NCBI GenBank assembly: GCA_050253415.1
Contig: JBFWJC010000001.1
Coordinates: 1-64,000 of the forward strand
DNA from: Pedobacter sp.
Lineage (GTDB): Bacteria > Desulfobacterota > Desulfuromonadia > Desulfuromonadales > Syntrophotaleaceae
Direction of reading: 5' to 3'
Length of the DNA: 64,000 nt
Below, piece after piece: positions 7,968 to 16,992 of this stretch (position 1 is the stretch's first letter; every line of letters starts with the position of its first letter). The position numbers and the translations under genes are program-made. The notes under the pieces are model-generated. The model made no database searches. It was not told where the DNA came from and saw nothing but the letters and a program-made list of their open reading frames with translations.

Positions 7968-10220
7968 TCAGATCTTCCAGGAAACGGAAAACACCATGGT
8001 AAAGGGCGAGCCCGGATAATAGACCATCTCCCCCGGATGGGTGTCGTCGGAAGCATCCATGGCGCCGATGTATTTTTTATCCAACAGGTTGAGGAAATTC
8101 AGCGACAGTTTGGTCTCTTTGATACGCCACAGGTTTTTGAGGCGATAGGCCAGGTTGAGATCGACCAGCCAGTAGGAACTGACCGGTTCTTCGTTGAGGA
8201 CATCACCGTAACGGCGGCCGGTGTAGCGCACCACCGGGGTTACGGAGAATCCGCCGAGGCGGTAATCGGCCATGAAGCTGGCCCCGAACAGGGGGGTGTC
8301 GGCAATCTGGTTGCCTTTGACATCCAACTCGCCGGTCAGGGTGGTGCGGATATTTTTATCAAACTCGAAGTTGTTGTAAAAGCCGTTGGCAGCCAGCAGC
8401 AGATTGTCCAGCACATGGACGCCGACCTCAAGCTCGGCGCCGTAGGAGCGGGCGGTGGCGACGTTTTGGTTGACCAGCAATTCGGAGGTGGGGTCGTACA
8501 GGTTCACCGACTTGTCGAAATGACGGGAATAGAACAGCACGGGATTCAGGTACCAGCGGCCGAAATCGAACCGCGCCCCCAGGTCGTAATGGTCGGAAAC
8601 CTCCAACTCCACGTTACTCCACAGATCGGCAAGGCTGACCCCGGCGGCCACGAATTTACCGCGCCGTGTGGCGTAGGAAGGATACAGGGGGAACGCCACC
8701 CGTCCGACGTTGCGTCCGTAGGTAAAGTACAGATTGGAGTGATCGTTGAGATCCAAAGATATGCCGGCGAAAGGCAGCACCTTGTCGTTGTATTTACGCC
8801 CGACGCTCCCCCAGGGATCGTAGGTTTTGACGCCGCCGGGGAAGTAGTAGGATTTTATCTCCGAAAATTCCTGATAAAGATAACGCACGCCGCCGCTCAG
8901 GTGCAGCCTGCCGAAACTGCGGCTCAACTGCAGGAAGGGGCTGTGGGTGATGTGCTTGCCGTTTTCGGAGTACACCGACCAACCGCTGAAATCCAGACCG
9001 TCGGAGGTGAGGGTATACTTTTTCCACTCCGTCGGTGGGCCGGGCCGCTCCTGTTCGTGGTACCAGTAACCGGCCGTCAGGTTGAGCAGCGACAATTCAG
9101 CCTCGTATTGGGCGACCACCCCCAGGCGGTGGTGGTTGATTTCCCACTTGCGGATCACCGGATTGACCTTTTGTTCCATCACGCCGACCATCCAATAGCC
9201 CTGATCTTTGCTGAAGTAGGGACGCACGGAAAAATGGCTGTGCTGCGTCAGGCGCACATCCAGATTGGCCATCAGGGTGTAGCCTTCGAAACGGCGGCGA
9301 TTGTAGTCGTAATATTTGATATCCGTGGCGGCATTACCGGTTAATGCGCTGTTGTAATCGGATTTGTAATGGGTATCGAGGTCCTTGGTCTGGGCATAGG
9401 TGAGGGAACCGAAGTCGTGCGCCTTGAGGCTGAAGTAGTTACCGAACAATTCCAGCTTGACGCGGTCGCCGAAATCGTGGGCCAAGCCGAAATCGAGGTT
9501 ATGCCGCCAATCGGGGCTGCCCCCCTCGCCGCGCCACTTGTCGGCGTCGGTATAGCTGTAGGAGGCGAAGGCCCGCGTACCGCCGGGCAGGCGGCCCGAA
9601 TCGAGCCGGACGAAGGAGCGTTGGTAATCGAAACTGCCGATGGACTGTTGGAAAAACACCCCGGCCTCTTCGTCGGGACGCCGCAGGCGATAGTCGACCA
9701 GCCCGGCGCTGTTGGCAAAGGCCAGCCCTTTGGGAGTGGGGATGCCGCCTTTATAAAGGGATAAGCCTTCGACGTTTTCCATATCGAAAAGGGACTGGCT
9801 GCCACCGGGAACGCCGGTGACCTGCAGCCCTTCGACGAGCAGATTGGAGCCCGGCGCCTTGATGCGCTGGCCGCGGATTTTGAGACCGTTGGTGAAAAAG
9901 TTGCCGCAGCCGTAAGGCTCTTCGCTGTCGATCTGCACCGACGGCAGGGTACGCACCGCCTGGATCGGACTGCTCTGGGACGTGCCTCCAATGCTTTCGA
10001 GTCCCTCGCGGGTCAGGCTTGTTTCGGTCCAGGGCTGATCCGACTTGGCGTCGAACAGCACATGCCCGGCCCGGCCAGGCACCTCAATGGCCTCCAGACT
10101 GACGGCTGAGGCCTCCTCTTCCTGCGCGACGTCCGGCTCAATGGAAGCCGCACAAGTGAAACCGGCCAAACCGCTGACCAGCAGCACCCCCAACAAAACG
10201 TTACGGTACAACCACCACAT
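7968..10220 (-). CDS. TonB-dependent outer-membrane receptor
   Basis: Signal peptide after ATG 10220 (GGAGGT RBS), plug IRG..DMENV.GL.LYKG, beta-barrel, NLLDKKY near C-terminus. Confidence 0.9.
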   Translation of the reverse strand: MWWLYRNVLLGVLLVSGLAGFTCAASIEPDVAQEEEASAVSLEAIEVPGRAGHVLFDAKSDQPWTETSLTREGLESIGGTSQSSPIQAVRTLPSVQIDSEEPYGCGNFFTNGLKIRGQRIKAPGSNLLVEGLQVTGVPGGSQSLFDMENVEGLSLYKGGIPTPKGLAFANSAGLVDYRLRRPDEEAGVFFQQSIGSFDYQRSFVRLDSGRLPGGTRAFASYSYTDADKWRGEGGSPDWRHNLDFGLAHDFGDRVKLELFGNYFSLKAHDFGSLTYAQTKDLDTHYKSDYNSALTGNAATDIKYYDYNRRRFEGYTLMANLDVRLTQHSHFSVRPYFSKDQGYWMVGVMEQKVNPVIRKWEINHHRLGVVAQYEAELSLLNLTAGYWYHEQERPGPPTEWKKYTLTSDGLDFSGWSVYSENGKHITHSPFLQLSRSFGRLHLSGGVRYLYQEFSEIKSYYFPGGVKTYDPWGSVGRKYNDKVLPFAGISLDLNDHSNLYFTYGRNVGRVAFPLYPSYATRRGKFVAAGVSLADLWSNVELEVSDHYDLGARFDFGRWYLNPVLFYSRHFDKSVNLYDPTSELLVNQNVATARSYGAELEVGVHVLDNLLLAANGFYNNFEFDKNIRTTLTGELDVKGNQIADTPLFGASFMADYRLGGFSVTPVVRYTGRRYGDVLNEEPVSSYWLVDLNLAYRLKNLWRIKETKLSLNFLNLLDKKYIGAMDASDDTHPGEMVYYPGSPFTMVFSVSWKI

Positions 10221-10366
10221 ACATACCTCCCTGAAAAATACACATAAGAAGTCCCAGCCGCACGATTCCCGGGCATTTGGAACCACCATCCAAAACAAAA
10301 CATGGAGAAACGTCTCGCCGGTTCTTCCGATGAAATAGCGGACGCGAATCCGGGTGCATTATATTT

Positions 10367-10966
10367 CTATGGGTTATATGAAGGCCTGACGACAGGTGAA
10401 CCCGCGAGGGACAGATCGGGAAAGACTTGCTCAACCGTTGTAATCAGATCAACCAGAGCATCGGGAGCGGAGGCATCGATGATCCGAATCGGCGTCAGCT
10501 GCCAGTTACGGCACACCGCCACCAACCTGCGCGACTGAACCACCCACAGCTGCAAAAGACGGGATTGGGTAAGCAACGGATCAAGCAGCTCAGCCCAGCC
10601 CCCTGCATGCACCTCCAGGGAGCCGACTTCATCGACCACCAACAGATCCGCGCCAGCACATCGCGGCAGCGCCAGCGCCTGTCGACCGGCGGCCAGTCCT
10701 TCGGCGCGAAACGCATAGGGAAACTCGTTCGGACCGCAATCGTCGATAAGATCGGCCAGCGGCGTGCGCCGCCCGTTGCTCAGATCGATGAGGGTAAAAC
10801 CGCTACGCCGATCGCTGCACCAATGACCTTCGGCGAGAATGCCGGCCAGTTGACGGCCTTGCTGGCGTAATTGTCGGACCAGATGATTGACCAGGGTGGT
10901 TTTGCCGCAGTGGGACGGACCGCTGACAATGATCAGCGGCGCATGGCTTTGGTAGACAACGGTCAT
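10367..10966 (-). CDS. P-loop NTPase (THEP1/DUF2478-like)
   Basis: GPSHCGKTT Walker A, GFTLIDL, LLVVDEVGSLE Walker B. Confidence 0.75.
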   Translation of the reverse strand: MTVVYQSHAPLIIVSGPSHCGKTTLVNHLVRQLRQQGRQLAGILAEGHWCSDRRSGFTLIDLSNGRRTPLADLIDDCGPNEFPYAFRAEGLAAGRQALALPRCAGADLLVVDEVGSLEVHAGGWAELLDPLLTQSRLLQLWVVQSRRLVAVCRNWQLTPIRIIDASAPDALVDLITTVEQVFPDLSLAGSPVVRPSYNP

Positions 10967-10978
10967 CGAACGGCCCCC

Positions 10979-12748
10979 TCAACTTGGTGCCCAGCACCAG
11001 CTATTGTTCGGTTTTCCGAAAGAACGGTTGAGCTGATTCCGGTTATACGCAATACCGTAAAATTGTTTAAAAAACGCCTTGGCCTCCTGGACCAGATCGA
11101 AACGGAACCGCTCCGGGTGCAGCGTATTGGCAAGGAACAGCAGCCCGAGGATCCAACGCGGGCCGCCAAAATCGCTGGAGGGCACCGGCGGAGTGTAAAT
11201 GCGCAAGTGCTTCACCGCATCGACCTCAAGCCCCCGTTGCATGCATTCTGCGTGGAAATCAGGAATACGGTTGGACAGGAAGGATGACAGCAGAATCACT
11301 TCGGGGTTGAGGACCTGCAACGTCTCGACGGTGATGGTCATGCCGGGGCGGCCGGTCAGCTCCAGCTCGCGATTGACACTGTGCCCACCGGCCAGCTCCA
11401 CCAGACTGTTTTCAAACCGCGGCCCGTTGATGGCGAATAGCGGTTTGCCCATGGCGTAATAGACGCGGGGCCGACGCATGACACGCTGCAGACCCAAAGC
11501 CACCGAGGTCAGACGATCCTGAACATAAGCGATGAATTCAGCGGCTTGCGCCTGGCGCCCGGTCAGTTCTCCGAACTTGCGCATGGTGTCCAGATAGGAA
11601 GCGGGGTGCTGAATGGCGTGGTGCAGTTCCCTCAGCTCCTGACGTCCGAGCAGGGTCTCCCAGACCCGCACCACCTCGGCCGGCTGCCGCACGCCCAGGG
11701 TAATCAGCATGGCCTGCACGATCTCCAGAGCCCGGGTAAAGGGGTAGCCACCTTGAAAATCCGCTTCCCTAAAGTCTCCTTTGTCCGGCCGACCCCGCAA
11801 GCCGAGTGCCTCCAGACCATGCGAGCATTGCTCGTTGCCGACAGTCAGCAACCGAGCCCCCATCGGGCCGTAAAAATCGCGCCGGAGCAGCACCTCCCGG
11901 CACTCGGGGCAGCGGCTGTTCAGCAGATCGGTGCCGGGGGAATTAAACAGATAGACATGCGGCAGAATATTTCGCAAACCATCGACCAGTGCCTCCGATT
12001 CGCGGATGGTCGGCTCCCAGGCCGGGTCGGCCGCCTCCAGCGGGATATAGCGCATGACCTGCAAAGGAATGGTCGGCGATACCTCCGCTACGCAGCGCGC
12101 CAGTTCCAGCATTTCGGCCCGGTTGTCGTGCCGATGCATGCAGGCCACTTCGACATGCACCCCTGCCTGGTGCAACAGGCGAATATTGCGCAACACCGGC
12201 GCCGGCGAGTGTCCTCCGCAGTCCAGGTAAGCGTGTTCGGTAAGTCCCTTGACGCCGATATTGATAAAATCGATAACCGGTAGCAAACGCGCCAGGGATT
12301 GTTCGGTGAAATAACCGTTGGTGGCACAGCCCACCAGCAAACCGGCACGGCGCGCCGCTTGCGCGACCCGTAAAAATGTATCGAGACTGGCCAGCGGATC
12401 GTTCATCAAAAAGGTAATGCCACGACAATCGTGGTGACCGGCAGCGGCCACCACCTGCTCCGGCGCCAGATGCTGCAACAGGTTGCTGGCCGGATCCATG
12501 TCACGAACCAGGGTGGTGGAAATGCATCCGGGGCAGTCGAAATTGCAACCGACGGTACTGATCTGCAAAAACTTGGCGCCCGGATGAAAATGCAGCATGG
12601 GCATGGTTTCGATAACTATGGGACAAACGATCAGGTAACGGTCGGGATGGCACTCCAGCATGGCATCCCCGATACGGCGGTACTGCCCGCACCCGCCGAG
12701 CTCTCCATCCGCAACCGGGCAGCGGTTTTCACAAATCGGACACTGCAT
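10979..12748 (-). CDS. Radical SAM protein (AmmeMemoRadiSam/PflA-like N-terminus) fused to C-terminal BtuF/FecB-type substrate-binding lobe
   Basis: Start refined to MQCPICENRC (GGAAGGAG RBS); GCNFDCPGC CX3CX2C; C-terminal RVYYA..LVELAGG..NPEVI..AVKHLRIY..PRWILGL..HPERF. Confidence 0.8.
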   Translation of the reverse strand: MQCPICENRCPVADGELGGCGQYRRIGDAMLECHPDRYLIVCPIVIETMPMLHFHPGAKFLQISTVGCNFDCPGCISTTLVRDMDPASNLLQHLAPEQVVAAAGHHDCRGITFLMNDPLASLDTFLRVAQAARRAGLLVGCATNGYFTEQSLARLLPVIDFINIGVKGLTEHAYLDCGGHSPAPVLRNIRLLHQAGVHVEVACMHRHDNRAEMLELARCVAEVSPTIPLQVMRYIPLEAADPAWEPTIRESEALVDGLRNILPHVYLFNSPGTDLLNSRCPECREVLLRRDFYGPMGARLLTVGNEQCSHGLEALGLRGRPDKGDFREADFQGGYPFTRALEIVQAMLITLGVRQPAEVVRVWETLLGRQELRELHHAIQHPASYLDTMRKFGELTGRQAQAAEFIAYVQDRLTSVALGLQRVMRRPRVYYAMGKPLFAINGPRFENSLVELAGGHSVNRELELTGRPGMTITVETLQVLNPEVILLSSFLSNRIPDFHAECMQRGLEVDAVKHLRIYTPPVPSSDFGGPRWILGLLFLANTLHPERFRFDLVQEAKAFFKQFYGIAYNRNQLNRSFGKPNNSWCWAPS

Positions 12749-13418
12749 GGTGTACTCCTTCCCCGTAGCCTGTGATAACAGGCGTTTGAGTCGGCTTACG
12801 CATCTCGACCCAGGTTCCGTAGCCATCTTCGATGATCCGCCAACATGGCACGGCCGCGGCCAGTAGCGCCTGTTCCAGGAACTCCCGATGCAGCCAGCGG
12901 GCGCGCTTTTCCGGATTATCCTTGTTGACCCATGCAGGCCGCATACGATCGGCCTCTTCCTTAGTCTGGTAGCGGCTGAAGCCACCGCCTACAAACGCCA
13001 GACCGCCGGGTTGCAACACCCTGCAGATCTCCCGAAAGGCGGTCGCATGATCCTCCCAAAAAGGGATCGACCCCCGGCTTACCACCATCCGGATGTCATC
13101 GTCCGGCAGCGGCAGGTCATGCACATCCCCCTGCAGAAATGCGATACGCTCCTGCGGCAGCCCGTGACGGCTGGCGTTTTCGCTGACGAAGGCCTGCGTT
13201 TCCGGGTTGATGTCCAGTGCCATCAGTTCCAGAGCGGTGATTTTGCCCAATTCGATAAGCAACGCCCCGCTACCGGTGCCGATATCAAGGCATCGTCCGC
13301 GGGTCACCCCGAAATCGTCCACGATCTGCTTTGCCAGCAGCGGATACATGGAAGCGAAAGGATGCGCATGGTCGTAGCGGTAAAAAGCCTTTAAATCTTT
13401 TGCATTCTGTTGGGTCAT
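12729..13418 (-). CDS. Class I SAM-dependent methyltransferase
   Basis: LDIGTGSG, GDVHDLPL, VVSRGSIPFW, RVLQPGG. Confidence 0.9.
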   Translation of the reverse strand: MTQQNAKDLKAFYRYDHAHPFASMYPLLAKQIVDDFGVTRGRCLDIGTGSGALLIELGKITALELMALDINPETQAFVSENASRHGLPQERIAFLQGDVHDLPLPDDDIRMVVSRGSIPFWEDHATAFREICRVLQPGGLAFVGGGFSRYQTKEEADRMRPAWVNKDNPEKRARWLHREFLEQALLAAAVPCWRIIEDGYGTWVEMRKPTQTPVITGYGEGVHHAVSDL

Positions 13419-13443
13419 GCCGGCCTCCTTCAGCTGGGCGGTT

Positions 13444-14004
13444 TCAGGTCAACGGCTGGTAATAAGTACCGAAAGCACAGGCCCGGCAGAGGGCGTCGAC
13501 CTCACCCTGCCCGGTCGGCACATCCCGATAATCGAGCACCGTTTCTCCGCAGCGGGTACACTGCACTATGCGCTCCGGCGGCCCCGGCAGGTCCCCGGGA
13601 CCGAATCCAACCTGCACCCGCTGCCAGCGCAGCAGTTCCTCGTCCGATTTTTCCAGCGCCTCGGCCATGGCCCGGGCGGGCGGCAGATCGGAGTCGCTGT
13701 TGCCGCGGCTGGTCACTCGCCAGGCTTCGCCCGTTCTCTGATTGACGAAGGTGGCGGCCATTTTGCCGTAATCATGAAACTTCAAACTGCGGCGGCCCAG
13801 TCGCACGCCGGTAGCCATGATGATGGCGTCGGTAATGCAGCGATCGTTTTCCACCATGACGATCAGATCCTTGATATCTTCGGCAGCCACCAGCTCCAGA
13901 CCTTTTTTGGCCATGCGAACACCGGTCACCTGGCCCATGCACAAATGGCCGTGAAACGCTTCACACTGTGTCAACATCGTCTGCACATCATCGACTTTCA
14001 GCAT
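13444..14004 (-). CDS. FmdE (formylmethanofuran dehydrogenase subunit E-like) family protein with C-terminal zinc finger
   Basis: FHGHLCMGQVTGVRMA, ENDRCITDAI, DYGKMAATF, CTRCGE...CRAC. Confidence 0.9.
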   Translation of the reverse strand: MLKVDDVQTMLTQCEAFHGHLCMGQVTGVRMAKKGLELVAAEDIKDLIVMVENDRCITDAIIMATGVRLGRRSLKFHDYGKMAATFVNQRTGEAWRVTSRGNSDSDLPPARAMAEALEKSDEELLRWQRVQVGFGPGDLPGPPERIVQCTRCGETVLDYRDVPTGQGEVDALCRACAFGTYYQPLT

Positions 14005-14020
14005 ATTTTCTCCTTAAACA

Positions 14021-14863
14021 TCAGCACGCGTCATACATCGCCTGCGGCATAAAGTGGCTTTGACCATCGCAAAGCCTGCTGCGCAAACGCTCCGGCACGC
14101 ATATTTTGAAATTTTCCAGTAATTGCCAGACCTGGACATCGGCCTGATAAAGATGACAGAGGTTTTTGCGGGTCACCACGTCATCCGTAGCCCCTTCGGC
14201 GACCACCCTGCCGCCTCGCAACATGACGACCTGACTGGCCACCCACAACACGTGATCCGGGAAATGGGTCGACATGACAAAGGTGTAGCCTTCGGTCGCC
14301 AACTCGGCCAGTTGTTCGAGCAGTTTGATCTGATTGCCGTAATCGAGCCCGTTGGCCGGTTCATCCAGAATGAAGGTATGCGCCCCCTGGCACAGAGCAC
14401 GGGCGATCAGCGCCATCTGCCGCTCGCCGCCGCTGATTTCGGTATAGGGGCGGTCGTGCAGATGCGCGATCCCCAGCTTGTCGAGGGCTGCCATGGCCAG
14501 GGCCTCATCGGCACGGTTGTAGGAAGTCCAGAAGCCCTTGTGCGGGATGCGGCCCATGAGCACCACATCCAGCACCCGAAAAGCGAACGAGGCCCGATGA
14601 ATCTGCGGCACATACGCTATACGGCGGGCCAGTCCGCGCCGATCCAACCCGGTAACCGATTCGTTTTCAAACAGGACATCTCCGCTTTGCACCGGCAAAA
14701 GCCCCAACATGGTCTTCAGCAGGGTGGTTTTACCGCAACCGTTCGGACCGAGCAGCGCCACCAGACTGCCCTTGCCAACACGGAAGCTGACATCTTTAAG
14801 CACCGGCCGTTCGCCGTAGCCGAACGATACGTGTCTTACTTCCAGCATGGTATCTAGCCCCAT
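14021..14863 (-). CDS. ABC transporter ATP-binding protein (FecE/BtuD-like)
   Basis: GPNGCGKTT, ISGGERQ, ILDEP. Confidence 0.92.
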   Translation of the reverse strand: MGLDTMLEVRHVSFGYGERPVLKDVSFRVGKGSLVALLGPNGCGKTTLLKTMLGLLPVQSGDVLFENESVTGLDRRGLARRIAYVPQIHRASFAFRVLDVVLMGRIPHKGFWTSYNRADEALAMAALDKLGIAHLHDRPYTEISGGERQMALIARALCQGAHTFILDEPANGLDYGNQIKLLEQLAELATEGYTFVMSTHFPDHVLWVASQVVMLRGGRVVAEGATDDVVTRKNLCHLYQADVQVWQLLENFKICVPERLRSRLCDGQSHFMPQAMYDAC

Positions 14864-15909
14864 CCTTTCTTGGCGTTTTTCAACACCAGGGTGAAAAACG
14901 GAATCCCGATCAACGCGGTGATGATGCCCAGCGGGATTTCCACATTCAGCAACAAACGGGACACGTCATCCACCACCAGCAGATACAACCCTCCCAACAA
15001 CGCGCAGACCGGCAGCAGGATGCGATTGTCCGGCCCCACCAGCATGCGGCCGATATGCGGAATGATCAGTCCCACCCAGCCGATCAGGCCACCGACCACC
15101 ACCGTCAGGGCACTGATCACGGTGGCGAAAAAAATCAGCCAGGCGCGTATCAGGCGCACGTTGACTCCAAGGCTAACCGCCTCTTCATCCCCCATGCTCA
15201 GCACGTTGAGATAGCGCGCCATAAACATCAGACCGCACAACCCGATCAGGATCGGGATCGAAACCGCCAGCGTGGTGGTGCTGTCCGCCATGGACAGTCC
15301 GCCCATCAGCCAGTAGACGATGGCCGGCAACTGATCGTAGGGATCGGCCAGATACTTGACGATGGACAACACCGAGGTGAACAGCGAACCGCTGATGATC
15401 CCTCCGAGAATCAACATCAGCAGCCTATCCCCCCGATACAGGCGGGCAATGCCGATGGCAATGCCGACGGCCAGCAGACCGCCGGCGAAACAACAGGCCT
15501 GCACCCCGAACCAGCCCTGTGACAGCAACATACCGAGAGCGGCACCGCACGAGGCGCCGGGCAATACCCCCAACAGACCGGGCGACACCAGGGGGTTGAT
15601 AAACATGGACTGAAACGCGGCACCGGAGGTGGACAGCGCGGCGCCGATGAGTACCGCCGCCGCCACTCTCGGGGCGCGGATCTCCCAGAGAATGTTGCGC
15701 AGCAGTTCATAGCGCTCCGGCGTGATGCCTGGCCAACCCAACAGCTGCTGCCGCATGAACAGGATGATTTCCTGCATGGCAATCGGATACTTGCCGAGGC
15801 TCAAGGAAATCAGCACCGCCCCCAGTAGCAGCAACGCCAGCAAGACCGGCAGCCAGCGACGGGCCGGAATCGTTTCGGGCAAATGGCCAACAGCCAGAAC
15901 TTTACTCAT
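14854..15909 (-). CDS. ABC transporter permease, FecCD family
   Basis: IRAPRV, FINPLVSPGLLGV, MGDEEAVSLGV, IGWVGLIIPH, EIPLGIITALIG. Confidence 0.92.
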   Translation of the reverse strand: MSKVLAVGHLPETIPARRWLPVLLALLLLGAVLISLSLGKYPIAMQEIILFMRQQLLGWPGITPERYELLRNILWEIRAPRVAAAVLIGAALSTSGAAFQSMFINPLVSPGLLGVLPGASCGAALGMLLSQGWFGVQACCFAGGLLAVGIAIGIARLYRGDRLLMLILGGIISGSLFTSVLSIVKYLADPYDQLPAIVYWLMGGLSMADSTTTLAVSIPILIGLCGLMFMARYLNVLSMGDEEAVSLGVNVRLIRAWLIFFATVISALTVVVGGLIGWVGLIIPHIGRMLVGPDNRILLPVCALLGGLYLLVVDDVSRLLLNVEIPLGIITALIGIPFFTLVLKNAKKGWG

Positions 15910-16963
15910 GGACCTGCTCCTCACCATCGTGGAGAATATTTCGGGTATCTTCCGGGGAGATCTCCACCTGCATGAATAGCCGGTAAAATTCCCGCATTTC
16001 CTTTTGCATATTGATGTCAAATCGTTGCGGATACAGGGTATGGGCGAGCCATTTAAGCCCCAGCAAGCGCATGAAGGAGGGAGGCCGGTCGAACCAATTA
16101 AACGGAACGCGGGGAATCAGATAGACTCGCCGGTTTTTAACCGCCGGCACATGCCGCCACTGAGGCGATTCAAATACCCGCGGGTAAAAGGTCGGGTCCT
16201 GTACCAGGATTACCTCCGGGCGATAGAGCAAAACCTGCTCAAGAGAGACCTTTTCCATGCCAAACAGGTTGTCCACATCCCCGGGATGCACATTGAATCC
16301 GCCGGCCAGATCAATGAGTTCCGCATGCCAGGTGCCCCGGCCATCGGTGCTGAGGCCATCGGCCCCTTCCGCATAGTAGACCCGCACTCGTTGCGCCTCC
16401 GGAATGGACGCCGCCCCCGGCAGGATCTCCCGCAGGGTTTGTTCGGCATAGGCGGCGAGTTTTTCCGAACGTTGCGAACGTCCCAGCAACAGCCCCATCA
16501 AGCGGATATTGGCGGGATAATCCTGCAGACGTTCCAGGGTGAAATAGGCGACCGGGATATCAAAGCGCTGCAAAAACGCATCGAATTGGGTATCCACGGC
16601 ATTTCTCTGCCAACAGATCACCAACTGCGGACGCGCCTTGAGCAACACTTCCAGATTTGGAGTGTGACCCAGGCCGAAAAATCCGCCGATTACCGGCAAG
16701 TGCCACAGGTCGGGGGGGAGAAATTTGCGATCCCGCTCCTTGAGGGGAAAATTCAGCCCGACCATCAGGGCCGGATCGATGGCGCAGGCGAGATGGTTTT
16801 CCGGCGGCGAAGCGACATACACTCGTTGCAGCGATTCCGGCAGCGTTATCCGACGGCCTGCCATATCCACCGCTTCACGCGCGCCGGCCGGAACCGAGGA
16901 CAACACACCGACAAGCAACAGCAGCACCGCGCAGCCACCGATCCGGCACCAGCGTTTTTTCAT
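15902..16963 (-). CDS. ABC substrate-binding protein (class III, BtuF/FecB-like)
   Basis: Signal peptide, VDMAGRRI, EQVLLYRPEVI, PFNWFDRPPSFMR. Confidence 0.9.
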   Translation of the reverse strand: MKKRWCRIGGCAVLLLLVGVLSSVPAGAREAVDMAGRRITLPESLQRVYVASPPENHLACAIDPALMVGLNFPLKERDRKFLPPDLWHLPVIGGFFGLGHTPNLEVLLKARPQLVICWQRNAVDTQFDAFLQRFDIPVAYFTLERLQDYPANIRLMGLLLGRSQRSEKLAAYAEQTLREILPGAASIPEAQRVRVYYAEGADGLSTDGRGTWHAELIDLAGGFNVHPGDVDNLFGMEKVSLEQVLLYRPEVILVQDPTFYPRVFESPQWRHVPAVKNRRVYLIPRVPFNWFDRPPSFMRLLGLKWLAHTLYPQRFDINMQKEMREFYRLFMQVEISPEDTRNILHDGEEQVHE

Positions 16964-16992
16964 AGATTCCTCCAACATGACCGCCTCATGGA

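Noticed and set aside
8037..9344. 435-aa + strand ORF and similar antisense ORFs over TonB/ABC genes
   Set aside because: Fully antisense to well-supported genes; typical shadow ORFs.
12749..12985. N-terminal extension of the radical SAM ORF given in the track
   Set aside because: Overlaps the upstream methyltransferase; RBS and Cys motif support start at 12748.
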